64,000 bases of DNA. Source: an uncultured Actinomycetota bacterium. GTDB lineage: Bacteria > Actinomycetota > Actinomycetes > Propionibacteriales > Propionibacteriaceae. Each line of letters starts with the position of its first letter. The first letter of the stretch is position 1. The stretch covers positions 87,015 to 151,014 of the forward strand of contig CAVQCQ010000027.1 in assembly GCA_963711015.1 (NCBI GenBank), written 5' to 3'. Below, piece after piece: positions 18,380 through 27,279 of this stretch. A program made the position numbers and the translations under genes. Below the pieces are notes generated by a model that ran no database searches, had not been told where the DNA came from, and worked only from the letters and a program-made list of their open reading frames with translations.

Positions 18380-19538
18380 GTGAACTCGATCGGCCGCTAT
18401 CGGCTGGAGCGGCGCATCGGCGCCGGTTCCTTCGCGACGGTGTGGCTCGGCCATGACCCCGATCTCGACGTAGCGGTGGCGGTCAAGGTGCTGGCGGAGA
18501 ACTGGGCCGACAACGCCGACGTTCGCAATCGCTTCCTCACTGAGGCGCGGATCCTCCGCAAGATCCGGGACCGCCGGCTGGTGCAGGTCTATGACATCGG
18601 CACCCTGGAGGACGGGCGGCCCTACTTCGTCATGGACTACATCGACGGCGGGTCGATGAACGACCTGCGGGTGTCCGGCGTCGAGCCGGTCCGGGCGCTG
18701 CGGCTCTCGGCGGAGGCCTGCCGGGCGCTGGAGGTGCTGCACGAGAACGACATCATCCACCGCGACGTCACTCCGGGGAACCTGCTGCTGAGTCACACCG
18801 ACGACGGCGAGACCCGGGTGCTGATCGCCGACCTCGGGGTGGCGAAGTCCACCGATCGACGCCGTCGGCGCGACGCTGACCGCCGGCACCCCCTCCTATA
18901 TGGCCCCGGAGCAGGCCACCGGCGGGCTGCCCCTCGATCGCCGGGCCGACGTCTACTCCCTCACCGCCGTGGCGTACGCGCTGCTCACCGGGGATCCGCC
19001 GTTCCCGGTGCGGAGCATCGCCGACATCGTCGCCCGCGACCCGGCGGCCGCGCCGCCGCCGGTCGCGGCGCGGGTGGGTGCACCACCGTCGCTCGACAGT
19101 GTGATGGTGTCCGGCCTTGCGTCCGACCGGAACCGGCGGCCGCCGACCGCCCTGCTGCTGGCTCAGGGGTTCGAGACGATCGCCGACCAGATGACCGCCG
19201 CCCGCAACCGGGACCGACCGTCACCACCGGCGGCGCCGCCGCCACCGCCGGCCGAGAGAACTCTCGTGACCAACCCGATGCCGGCGAACCGGCCGCCCGA
19301 CCCCGTGCCGCCACCGCCCTCGATGTCGACTCCCCCTCCGGCCTACTCGCCCGCTGCGTACGTCGCTCCCCGGCCCGTCGTCAGCCAGCCCGCCCCGTAC
19401 GCGACGGGTCGGATCAGCGCGGTCGAGCAACCGACCACCGCGCCCCGGCGAGGCTTCGCGTACTACCTGCTCCTCGGGCTCGTCGCGCTGGCGGTGTTCG
19501 CCATCTCGATGTTCATCACCATCCTGGTGTTGCGCTGA
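18380..19538 (+). pseudogene. Ser/Thr protein kinase with C-terminal TM anchor, frameshifted near 18851-18855
   Basis: IGRYRLERRIGAGSFATVWLG, VAVKVL, IIHRDVTPGNLLL and ADLGVAKS lie in one frame. IDAVGATLTAGTPSYMAPEQATG...DVYSL continues in the +1 frame (ORF 18900..19538), ending in the TM segment YYLLLGLVALAVFAISMFITILVL. Confidence 0.85.
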
Positions 19539-19544
19539 ACTGAG

Positions 19545-19566
19545 CAAGGGGGGACGACCCCCCTTG
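19545..19566 (+). terminator. GC-rich hairpin between convergent kinase and MFS genes
   Basis: CAAGGGGGG-ACGA-CCCCCCTTG, a 9-bp stem starting 7 nt after the kinase stop. No clear U-tract. A weaker second stem follows near 19579-19600. Confidence 0.45.
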
Positions 19567-19612
19567 GACCCCCCGCGCCGCGCCGACAACACACGGGCGC
19601 GCGGCCAAGGCC

Positions 19613-21004
19613 TTACTCGAACTCGCTGCGCACCGGCCCGATCCGCAGCGAGGCGATCATGGCCAGCACGGCGACGAGCGTCATCGACCCGATCACCGCG
19701 CCGAAGGTGACCGGCTGCGGCGCGACCTCCCGCAGCGCGGCGAAGATCGTTCCCGACAGACCGACGAACAGACCGGCACCGAGCGCGTCGGCCAGGTTCA
19801 GGGAGGATCCGTTCCGGCCCTGCACGGCGGCGTCCGACAACGTCATCACCGCCAGCGAGGTGCTCGAGACGGCCAGCCCCATGCCCAGGCCCGAGAACAC
19901 CCAGGCCGCACCGACCAGCCAGAAGGGCAGCCCGGGGATCAGCGCGACGAGCGCGGTTCCGGCCAGTCCCAGGGCCAGCGACAGCGCGCCGAAGGTGATC
20001 AACCGGTCCCGACGAAGCCGGAGCCACGACTGGGACTGCAGCCACGACCCGACGGTCCAGCCCACACTGCCGACCGTCAGCGCCGCCCCGGCGAGGAAGA
20101 GGGTCAGCTGGCGCTCCTCGACCAGCATCAGTGGCACGAACGCCTCGCCTCCCACGAACGCACCGGCCAGCAGGCCGCGGCTGCTGATCACGGCCGACAG
20201 GCCCCGCACCCGGGAGAAGCAGTTGGGCATCAGCCTCGGGAGGCCGATCACCAGCGCGGCGAAGCCGAGAACGAGCACCGCCAGGCCAACCCAGTCGAGC
20301 CGCTGCCCGGCCAGCTGCAGCAGCGCCGCACCGATGGCGACCAGGCCGGCGGCCCACAGCGGAGCGGCGCTCGGCGCATCCGGATCGGGCTCGGGGCGCA
20401 CGTAGCCGCGGTTCAGCCGGCGCAGGGTCGGCAGGATCAGCAGGCCGCCGCCGAGCACCATGGGAATGACGAGGAAGAACACCCAGTGCCAGCTGAGCTG
20501 TTCGGTCACCCACGCCGAGACGGGCGGGCCGACCAGGGACGGCAGCACCCACGCTGTGGAGATGTAGGTGAACATCCGCGGCCGCTGAGCCACGTCGTAC
20601 GCCTGGGCGACCAGGACGAAGACAGCGGTGTTCATCAGCCCGCTGCCCAGCCCCTGGATCAACCGGCCGCCGACCAGCTGAAGCATGTGCTCGGCAGTTC
20701 CGGCGACAGCCAGTCCGACGATGAAGACGGCCATGCCGATGAGCAACGGCTTCGCTGGGCCGACCCGGTCGCTGACCCGCCCGGCGACGACCGTGGCGAA
20801 CAGCATGCCGATCAAGAACAGCGAGAAGGACCAGGCGTAGTAGGTCAGACCGTTCAGGTCACGCGCCGCGGCCGGCATGGCGGTGGCGACGGCAATGGTC
20901 TCGAACGCGATCGCGACGACATTGATGCAGACCCCGATGGTGAGCCGGCGCAGCGAGACGGCAGCGACCCCCGCTGCCGGCTGGACGGTCTGCGAGACGG
21001 TCAT
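19613..21004 (-). CDS. MFS transporter
   Basis: 463-aa polytopic ORF with the GRVSDRVGPAKPLL loop motif between the second and third TM segments. Confidence 0.85.
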   Translation of the reverse strand: MTVSQTVQPAAGVAAVSLRRLTIGVCINVVAIAFETIAVATAMPAAARDLNGLTYYAWSFSLFLIGMLFATVVAGRVSDRVGPAKPLLIGMAVFIVGLAVAGTAEHMLQLVGGRLIQGLGSGLMNTAVFVLVAQAYDVAQRPRMFTYISTAWVLPSLVGPPVSAWVTEQLSWHWVFFLVIPMVLGGGLLILPTLRRLNRGYVRPEPDPDAPSAAPLWAAGLVAIGAALLQLAGQRLDWVGLAVLVLGFAALVIGLPRLMPNCFSRVRGLSAVISSRGLLAGAFVGGEAFVPLMLVEERQLTLFLAGAALTVGSVGWTVGSWLQSQSWLRLRRDRLITFGALSLALGLAGTALVALIPGLPFWLVGAAWVFSGLGMGLAVSSTSLAVMTLSDAAVQGRNGSSLNLADALGAGLFVGLSGTIFAALREVAPQPVTFGAVIGSMTLVAVLAMIASLRIGPVRSEFE

Positions 21005-21092
21005 GTCCGCCAGTCCATCACCTCAAGCCGACTCGAAGTCAAACGCTCTTTGCCGGACCGATCTCGTGGTGGGGCGTGTTTAGACTGGCGCC

Positions 21093-21356
21093 GTGAGCCA
21101 GCAGCTGAGTCCCGGCGCCCAGACGATCGTTGACGAGCGCACCCAGGAACGGGAGCTCCCGACCGAGGAGGGTGACCACGAACGCTTCTCGCACTATGTG
21201 CCGAAGGAGAAGCTGACCGAGGCGATGGTCATGGGTACGCCGGTTGTGGCGCTCTGCGGCAAGGTGTGGGTCCCCAGCCGTGACCCGGAGCGGTTCCCGG
21301 TGTGCCCGGAGTGTCAGGAGATCTGGGAGAGCATGACTCCGGGCGGCGACGACTAG
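21093..21356 (+). CDS. DUF3039 domain-containing protein
   Basis: 87 aa with ERFSHYVPKEKLTEAMVMGTPVVALCGKVWVPSRDPERFPVCPECQEIW, which matches the conserved actinobacterial DUF3039 pattern. Confidence 0.75.
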   Translation: MSQQLSPGAQTIVDERTQERELPTEEGDHERFSHYVPKEKLTEAMVMGTPVVALCGKVWVPSRDPERFPVCPECQEIWESMTPGGDD

Positions 21357-21398
21357 CCCCTCCTCAACGCCTGACAACTCGCCTCGGGGCTTAGCGCA

Positions 21399-22397
21399 TC
21401 ACGCCGCTTCGCTCGGTACGCGCGCGGTCAGCTCTTCCTCGACATCGCCGGTCTGGCCGGCCTGTGCCGCCCGACGGCCGAGGGTGAAGACGTAGATCAA
21501 AAAGGCCACCCAGACAAGGGCACCGATGGTCAGGCGTGCGCCGGCCGGAAGGGTCGACGGCGTGACGAAGCCTTCGACGAGTCCAGACAGCAGGAGCCAG
21601 ACCGCCAGCCCGAGGGCCAGGGCTCCGACCGCGCGTCCCTCGACCGCCAGAGCCTCGCCGCGGGTTCGCTTGCCCGGAGCGATCCATGACCAGCCCAGCC
21701 GCAGCCCGGCGCCGGCGGCGACGAAGATGATCGTCAGCTCCAGCAGGCCGTGCGGGAGCAGCAGGCCGTAGAAGACGTCCGCCCGACCGGCACCGACCAT
21801 GAACCCGCCGATCACCCCGAGGTTCGCGATATTGAACCAGAGCACGACCAGCACCGGAACGATCGCGATGCCGAGGACGAGGCAGATCGCGGTGACCTCG
21901 GCGTTGTTCAGCCAGACCTGGAAGGCGAAGTCGGCGGCCGGGTTCTCGGTGTAGTACTGGGCGAAGTCATGATCGACCAGCTGCTTGACCTCCTCGTCGG
22001 TGAGCAGCGTGTCGGCCAACCCAGGGGTATTGATCACCCGCCAGCCGACCAGCAGCGCCAGCGCGACGTTGATCACGCCGATCGTGATCCACCACGCTCG
22101 GGATCGATAGACCGCCGCGGGGAAGACGACGGTGAAGAAGCGGCCGATGGTCTGCCAGACCGGCAGCGTGACGCCGGTGACCACGCTGCGGGCGCTGGCG
22201 ACCAGGGCCGAGAGCCTGGCCTCCAGGACCGGGTCCGACGCGGAGCTGCGGACCACTGAGAGGTGGGTCGACACCCGCTGGTAGAGGTCGACCACCTCGT
22301 CCGCCTCGGCGCCGGTCAGTGAACCCGGCTTGCGGGTCAGCTCGGTCAGCCGGTCCCACTCCGGCCCGTGCCGCAGCAGATACGAGTCCAGGTCCAC
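21399..22397 (-). CDS. stage II sporulation protein M-like (DUF95) membrane protein
   Basis: 332 aa with an N-terminal helical domain and then a membrane core containing LLPHGLLELTIIFVAAGAGLRLG, which is typical of the family. Confidence 0.75.
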   Translation of the reverse strand: MDLDSYLLRHGPEWDRLTELTRKPGSLTGAEADEVVDLYQRVSTHLSVVRSSASDPVLEARLSALVASARSVVTGVTLPVWQTIGRFFTVVFPAAVYRSRAWWITIGVINVALALLVGWRVINTPGLADTLLTDEEVKQLVDHDFAQYYTENPAADFAFQVWLNNAEVTAICLVLGIAIVPVLVVLWFNIANLGVIGGFMVGAGRADVFYGLLLPHGLLELTIIFVAAGAGLRLGWSWIAPGKRTRGEALAVEGRAVGALALGLAVWLLLSGLVEGFVTPSTLPAGARLTIGALVWVAFLIYVFTLGRRAAQAGQTGDVEEELTARVPSEAA

Positions 22398-22444
22398 GCT
22401 CTATTGTGGCTGTCGGCTGGCCCGTGTTTCGTAGGCTGGCGCCT

Positions 22445-23233
22445 GTGACTCAACTGGTCACCGGCGATGCGGTCCTGCTGGACCTGCGGCCGGCACGGGT
22501 GCCCAGCAGGCTGCTGGCCACCGGAATCGACCTGGCGATCATGTTCGGGGCGACGTATCTCTACGGCTACATCGTCAACGCGGTCGGCGGCTCCGACGCC
22601 CGCGTCCGGGCGGTCACCATCGCCGGTGCGATCCTGATCAACTTCGGCTACCTGATCGCCATGGAGACGCTGACCCGCGGCCGCACGGTCGGGGCGTACG
22701 CCCTCGGCCTGCGCGTGGTGCGCGACGACGGCGGGGCCATCCGGTTCCGCCAGGCACTGATGCGCGGGCTGGCGTTCTGGGGCGTCGACTTCGCCATCTG
22801 GACCGGATTCTGCGGCGGCCTGATCTGCGCTGCGGTGAACCAGCAGTCGAAGCGCCTCGGCGACCTGATGGCCGGCACGATCGTGATCCGCACCCGATCG
22901 CCTCGCCCACCGGAACCGATCCCGCCGGTGTCGGCCGAGCTCGCGCCCTGGGCCGCACAGCTCGAGCTGAGCCGGCTGCCGGACGACCTGGTGACGGCAT
23001 CCCGCCATCTGGTGCAGCGCGCTGGCGGGCTGGCCGGCCATCCTCGCGACGAGCTCGCCCGAGATCTGGCGCGCCAGGTCGCGGCCCGGACGGCTCCGCC
23101 CCCGCCGGCGACGCTGCCGCCGCTGGAGTTCCTGACGGCCGTTGTCGCTGAGCGACGGCAGCGGGAGCGCACCAAGCTCACGCGCCAACAGCGGGTACCG
23201 GCCGCCGAGGAACTGCCGGCGGGCTGGCGCTGA
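22445..23233 (+). CDS. RDD family membrane protein
   Basis: From GTG 22445: RVPSRLLATGIDLAIMFGATYL...RLGDLMAGTIVIRTRS. Divergent from the SpoIIM-like gene, a common pairing. Confidence 0.75.
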   Translation: MTQLVTGDAVLLDLRPARVPSRLLATGIDLAIMFGATYLYGYIVNAVGGSDARVRAVTIAGAILINFGYLIAMETLTRGRTVGAYALGLRVVRDDGGAIRFRQALMRGLAFWGVDFAIWTGFCGGLICAAVNQQSKRLGDLMAGTIVIRTRSPRPPEPIPPVSAELAPWAAQLELSRLPDDLVTASRHLVQRAGGLAGHPRDELARDLARQVAARTAPPPPATLPPLEFLTAVVAERRQRERTKLTRQQRVPAAEELPAGWR

Positions 23234-23280
23234 GGCTTAGCCTCTGCCGCTCGACGGGTCCGGACCTCTACGCTCATGCC

Positions 23281-23796
23281 ATGGACTCAGGTCGGCACAC
23301 GTTGATCGCGGTCCGGCACGCCAAGTCGTCCTGGGATTTCGACCTCGAGGATCATGACCGACCGCTGTCGGGACGCGGCCGACGTGACGCGGACGCCATC
23401 GGTCGGCTGCTGACCCAGCGCTCGCTACGACCCGATCTGGTCCTCTGCTCCACGTCCGAGCGGACCCAGGAGACCTGGAACCGGGCCGCCGCGGTCGGGG
23501 CGGAGGCTGAAGAGATCCGACTGGAGCGCGGTATCTATCACGCCTGGGTGCCTGAACTGGTCCGGCTCATCCGGGGTCTACCCGAGGAGGCGTCCACTGT
23601 CCTCATGCTCGGCCACGCCCCAGGCATCCCCGATCTGGTCGAGCACCTCTGTCAGCGCACCGCCTCCGCCGACTGGGCCCAGCTCGACGCCAAGTACCCG
23701 ACCAGCGGCGTCGCCATCATCTCGGTGCCCGGCCCCTGGCGCTCGATCGGGCAAGGCCGCGCCGAACTCGTGAGCTTCACCGTCCCCCGCGGCTGA
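23281..23796 (+). CDS. histidine phosphatase family protein (SixA-like)
   Basis: 171 aa with HTLIAVRHAKS...RPLSGRGRRDA...LGHAPG motifs. Confidence 0.75.
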   Translation: MDSGRHTLIAVRHAKSSWDFDLEDHDRPLSGRGRRDADAIGRLLTQRSLRPDLVLCSTSERTQETWNRAAAVGAEAEEIRLERGIYHAWVPELVRLIRGLPEEASTVLMLGHAPGIPDLVEHLCQRTASADWAQLDAKYPTSGVAIISVPGPWRSIGQGRAELVSFTVPRG

Positions 23797-23800
23797 CTCG

Positions 23801-24679
23801 TCAGGCGGCAGGGGCCATGTCGACCGAGACCTCCATCTTCGACTCCTTGGCCTCGGTGAAGATCACGCCCTTGACCGGCGGCACGTCGCCGTAGTCGCGG
23901 CCCCAGGCCACCGTCGCGTGCGTCTCGCTGATCACCCGGTCGTTCGTCGGGTCGAGGTGCAGCCAGCCGGCCCCCGGCACCCAGCAGCCGACCCAGGCGT
24001 GGCTGGCGTCCGCGCCGACCAGCCGCGGCCGCCCGGGCGGTGGCCGGGTGGCCAGATACCCGCTGACGTAGCGCGCAGCCATCCCCAACGACCGCAGCGC
24101 GGAGACCATGAAGTGCGAGAAGTCCTGACACACCCCCGTCCTGGTGCGCAGCAGATCGCTGACCTTCGTGCTGACCGTGGTCGAGCCCGACTTGTACGCG
24201 AAGTCCGCGTGCACCCGGTGCATCAGGTCGATCGCTCCCTCACCGATCGGGCGGCCGGCCGGGAACGAGATCTCCGCATAGGCCCGGATCGGCGAGGGGA
24301 TCTCCACATACGGGGAGGGGAAGATGAAGTCCGTCGCCTCCCACGCGTCCTCGACCTCGGGGCGCACCGCAGGACGGCCCTGCTCCCACGGTTGGTCCAG
24401 TGCTGCGGGGTCCAGATCCGGCCGGCCGACGTCGACGATGCTGATCGCGGTGACCACCAGCTCGGTGTGTGGCCGGACAACATGGAAGTACGACTGGTGG
24501 TTGCCGTACAGGTCGACGTGCCGGAACAGGTCGGCCGGCTCCGGGTCGATCTCGATCTCGTGGGCCAGGCAGGTCTGCCAGGGCAGATCCCGCGGCCGCA
24601 GATGGAACTGTCCGTAGCTGCCCGTCACCTCCGCGTCGTAGGTGTAGGTCGTCCGATGCACGATGCGGTAGCTGGTCAC
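23801..24679 (-). CDS. transglutaminase family protein (Rv2569c-like)
   Basis: From GTG 24679: SYRIVHRTTYTYDAEVTGSYGQFHLRPR (Bact_transglu_N-like) and GVCQDFSHFMVSALRSLGMAARYVSGY...SHAWV...DPTN (Cys-His-Asp core). GTGA overlap with the upstream gene. Confidence 0.85.
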   Translation of the reverse strand: MTSYRIVHRTTYTYDAEVTGSYGQFHLRPRDLPWQTCLAHEIEIDPEPADLFRHVDLYGNHQSYFHVVRPHTELVVTAISIVDVGRPDLDPAALDQPWEQGRPAVRPEVEDAWEATDFIFPSPYVEIPSPIRAYAEISFPAGRPIGEGAIDLMHRVHADFAYKSGSTTVSTKVSDLLRTRTGVCQDFSHFMVSALRSLGMAARYVSGYLATRPPPGRPRLVGADASHAWVGCWVPGAGWLHLDPTNDRVISETHATVAWGRDYGDVPPVKGVIFTEAKESKMEVSVDMAPAA

Positions 24680-27279
24680 CGCTTTCCCCCAGCCCTCTGG
24701 TGAAACAACGGCTGCTGGGTGGGCGGCTCCTGCTGGTACTGGTCGCGGATCGACTCCGACAGCGTCCGCATCGACTGCTGCAGGGCGCTGAGCAACCGCT
24801 CGAGTCCAACCCGCCGGCCGTCGATCTCCTCGGCCAGGGCCGCCGGGTCCGCGATCCGGACCCGCTCGACCAGCCCATCCAGCAGCCGCAAGGGCCGAGC
24901 GTTCGGCGAGGTGTTGGGCACGGCACGCAGGTCGGTCCGGACCCGCTGCAGCTGGTAGGCCACCGAGCGCGGGTTCGACCCGTCGAGAACGAGCAGCTCG
25001 ATCACCGACTCGATGCCGGTCCGGCCGCGGTACCGGCGCCGGAAGGTGACGATCGACTCGGCCGCGGTGAGCACGGCCTCCATGATCATCGACTCGATGT
25101 CCGGCGCGCGGACCCGGCACAGCGTGACCTTGATCAGCGCCACCACCTGCATCGCGCGCTCCAGCCCCCGGCCGGAGTCGAGCAGATACCAGCCGGGGTC
25201 GCGCACCATGTTCTCGCTCACGATCCCGCTGAGCGCGAGCAGCCCGGACAGCACCCGCTCGCTCGCCTCGGTCAGCTGCAGTCCCTGGTCGTAGGGGTTG
25301 CCGGCGAGAGCCAGCAGCGCTCGATCCATGTCGGCGAGCACGATCCAGACGTCCTCCGACAGCTGGTCGCGCACTCCTTGCGCCGCCAGCGACAGCGCGC
25401 CGATCGACTGGGCCGCGCTCCCGGCACGGTGCCGGTCCAGCAGCAGCGAGCGGAACTCGGCCATGATCTCCACGCCGGGGATGAGGAAGCCGGGGTACGC
25501 GGTACTCACGTGGCTGACCGCGTGCAACAGGGCCTCCAGGACCCCGCCCGGAGTCGTGTCGGCGTCGGTCTCGAGGACCACCGTGCGGGTAGCCAGGATC
25601 AGCCGGAGCAGATCCTCGGCGCGCTCGGCGTACCGGCCGAACCAGAACAGGTCGCTGAGGACGCGCGGCACCATGGCCACCGACGTCGAACCGACCAGCG
25701 CCGGCACGGCCTCGTCGACCGTGCGGGCCCGAGGTGCCTCGATCCGCGCCGCCGCCAGCGGCTCGCGGCCCACCACCCAGACGTCCTTGGCCAGCCCTCC
25801 GTCCGGATCGGTGACCAACGGTCCGCGCCGGCCGGACTCGTCGTCGGTGACCCGGGCCAGTCCGCCCAGCATCGCCGCGTACGAGCCGCCGCTGCGCACC
25901 GCGAACGAACGCAGCACCAGGCTGCGGCGGACCACCCGGTCGGTCTGGGTGGTCGGAACGGCCGACAGGTGCAGCACCTCCTGGCCGACGAAGCGGTGCG
26001 GGCGCTCCTTGATCCGCGCGACCAGATCGTCACGCTGCGCTGCCGTCAAGGCGGACCCGAGCACGCTGCGACCGTGCCCGCGACTGATCGGCCGGATGAC
26101 GATCGAGTCCAGGTGGGTCAGCACGTGGGAGAGCGAGGCGGGGTCACCGCACCACCAGGTCTCCACCGATGGCAGCCGCAGCTGCTGCCCGAGCAGCCGA
26201 TCACACAGCTCGGGCAGGTACGGCAGCAGGGCCGGGTTCTCCAAGATCCCGGAGCCGATGTCGTTCACCACGCTGACGGTGCCCTGACGTACGCACTCCA
26301 GCAGGCCCGTCACCCCGAGCCGCGACCCCGGCCGGAGCTCCAACGCATCCATCCAGGTCGAGTCGACCCGGCGCAGGATCACGTCCACCTGCTCCAACCG
26401 GCCCAGTACCCGCATCCACACCCGGCCGTCGCGGACGGTCAGGTCGCGTCCCTCGAGCAGCGGGAAGCCCAGCAGCGAGGCGACGAAAGCCTGGTCGAAC
26501 GCCGTCTCGGAGTGGGTGCCCGGGCTGAGCACGACCACCCGCGGATCCTCGACGGTGCTCGGGGCGGCGTCGACCAGAGCCAGCCGCATCGCCGAGAAGA
26601 ACGGGGTCAACCGGTGCAGGTTGGCCTGGTGGTAGAGCTCCGGCAGCACCCGGGAGATCACCCGCCGGTTCTGCATGGCGAATCCCGCCCCGGATGGTGC
26701 CTGGGTCCGGTCCGAGATCACCTTCCACTGCCCGGACGGATCCCGTCCCAGATCGGCGGCGATCATGAAGAGCCGTTGGCCGACGAGACTCTCGATGCCG
26801 ACCACGTTGCGCAGGTACTCCTCGTGGTCGAGCACCGCTGCGGCCGGCAGCGCCCGCCGGGCCAGCAGCCGCCGCGCCCCGTAGAGGTCGCCCAGGATCG
26901 CGTCGAGCAGCTCGGCGCGCTGCACCACGCCGGCCTCCAGGCCCGACCACTCCCGGTCGTCGAGGATCAGCGGCAGTGGATCGAGCCGCCACGGCTGCGG
27001 CTCGGCGAGCGATGGCGGCAGCTTGCCGGGCGGGTCGGCGATCGAGACCGACGAGGCCGGACTGGGCGTATAAGTGACGTTGTCGTCCTCCAGCAGTCGG
27101 GCGACCTCGCGGCTGGCGTACGCCAGGTCCTCGGCGTCCAGTCCCAGCAACCCGTCGGCCAGCGACGACCAGCCATCGCGTACGACGCCGTCGGGCCCGG
27201 CGAACTCGTCGAACGCCTGGCCGTTGCCCGCTTCGGAGTGGTCTCGCGCCGCGGCCAGGTAGTGGCTGAGCACAGTCAC
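24676..27279 (-). CDS. circularly permuted type-2 ATP-grasp fused to alpha-E domain protein (Rv2567-like)
   Basis: Intact 867-aa ORF. Its size and its position between two transglutaminase-family genes match the conserved cluster. GTGA overlaps at both ends. Confidence 0.75.
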   Translation of the reverse strand: MTVLSHYLAAARDHSEAGNGQAFDEFAGPDGVVRDGWSSLADGLLGLDAEDLAYASREVARLLEDDNVTYTPSPASSVSIADPPGKLPPSLAEPQPWRLDPLPLILDDREWSGLEAGVVQRAELLDAILGDLYGARRLLARRALPAAAVLDHEEYLRNVVGIESLVGQRLFMIAADLGRDPSGQWKVISDRTQAPSGAGFAMQNRRVISRVLPELYHQANLHRLTPFFSAMRLALVDAAPSTVEDPRVVVLSPGTHSETAFDQAFVASLLGFPLLEGRDLTVRDGRVWMRVLGRLEQVDVILRRVDSTWMDALELRPGSRLGVTGLLECVRQGTVSVVNDIGSGILENPALLPYLPELCDRLLGQQLRLPSVETWWCGDPASLSHVLTHLDSIVIRPISRGHGRSVLGSALTAAQRDDLVARIKERPHRFVGQEVLHLSAVPTTQTDRVVRRSLVLRSFAVRSGGSYAAMLGGLARVTDDESGRRGPLVTDPDGGLAKDVWVVGREPLAAARIEAPRARTVDEAVPALVGSTSVAMVPRVLSDLFWFGRYAERAEDLLRLILATRTVVLETDADTTPGGVLEALLHAVSHVSTAYPGFLIPGVEIMAEFRSLLLDRHRAGSAAQSIGALSLAAQGVRDQLSEDVWIVLADMDRALLALAGNPYDQGLQLTEASERVLSGLLALSGIVSENMVRDPGWYLLDSGRGLERAMQVVALIKVTLCRVRAPDIESMIMEAVLTAAESIVTFRRRYRGRTGIESVIELLVLDGSNPRSVAYQLQRVRTDLRAVPNTSPNARPLRLLDGLVERVRIADPAALAEEIDGRRVGLERLLSALQQSMRTLSESIRDQYQQEPPTQQPLFHQRAGGKR

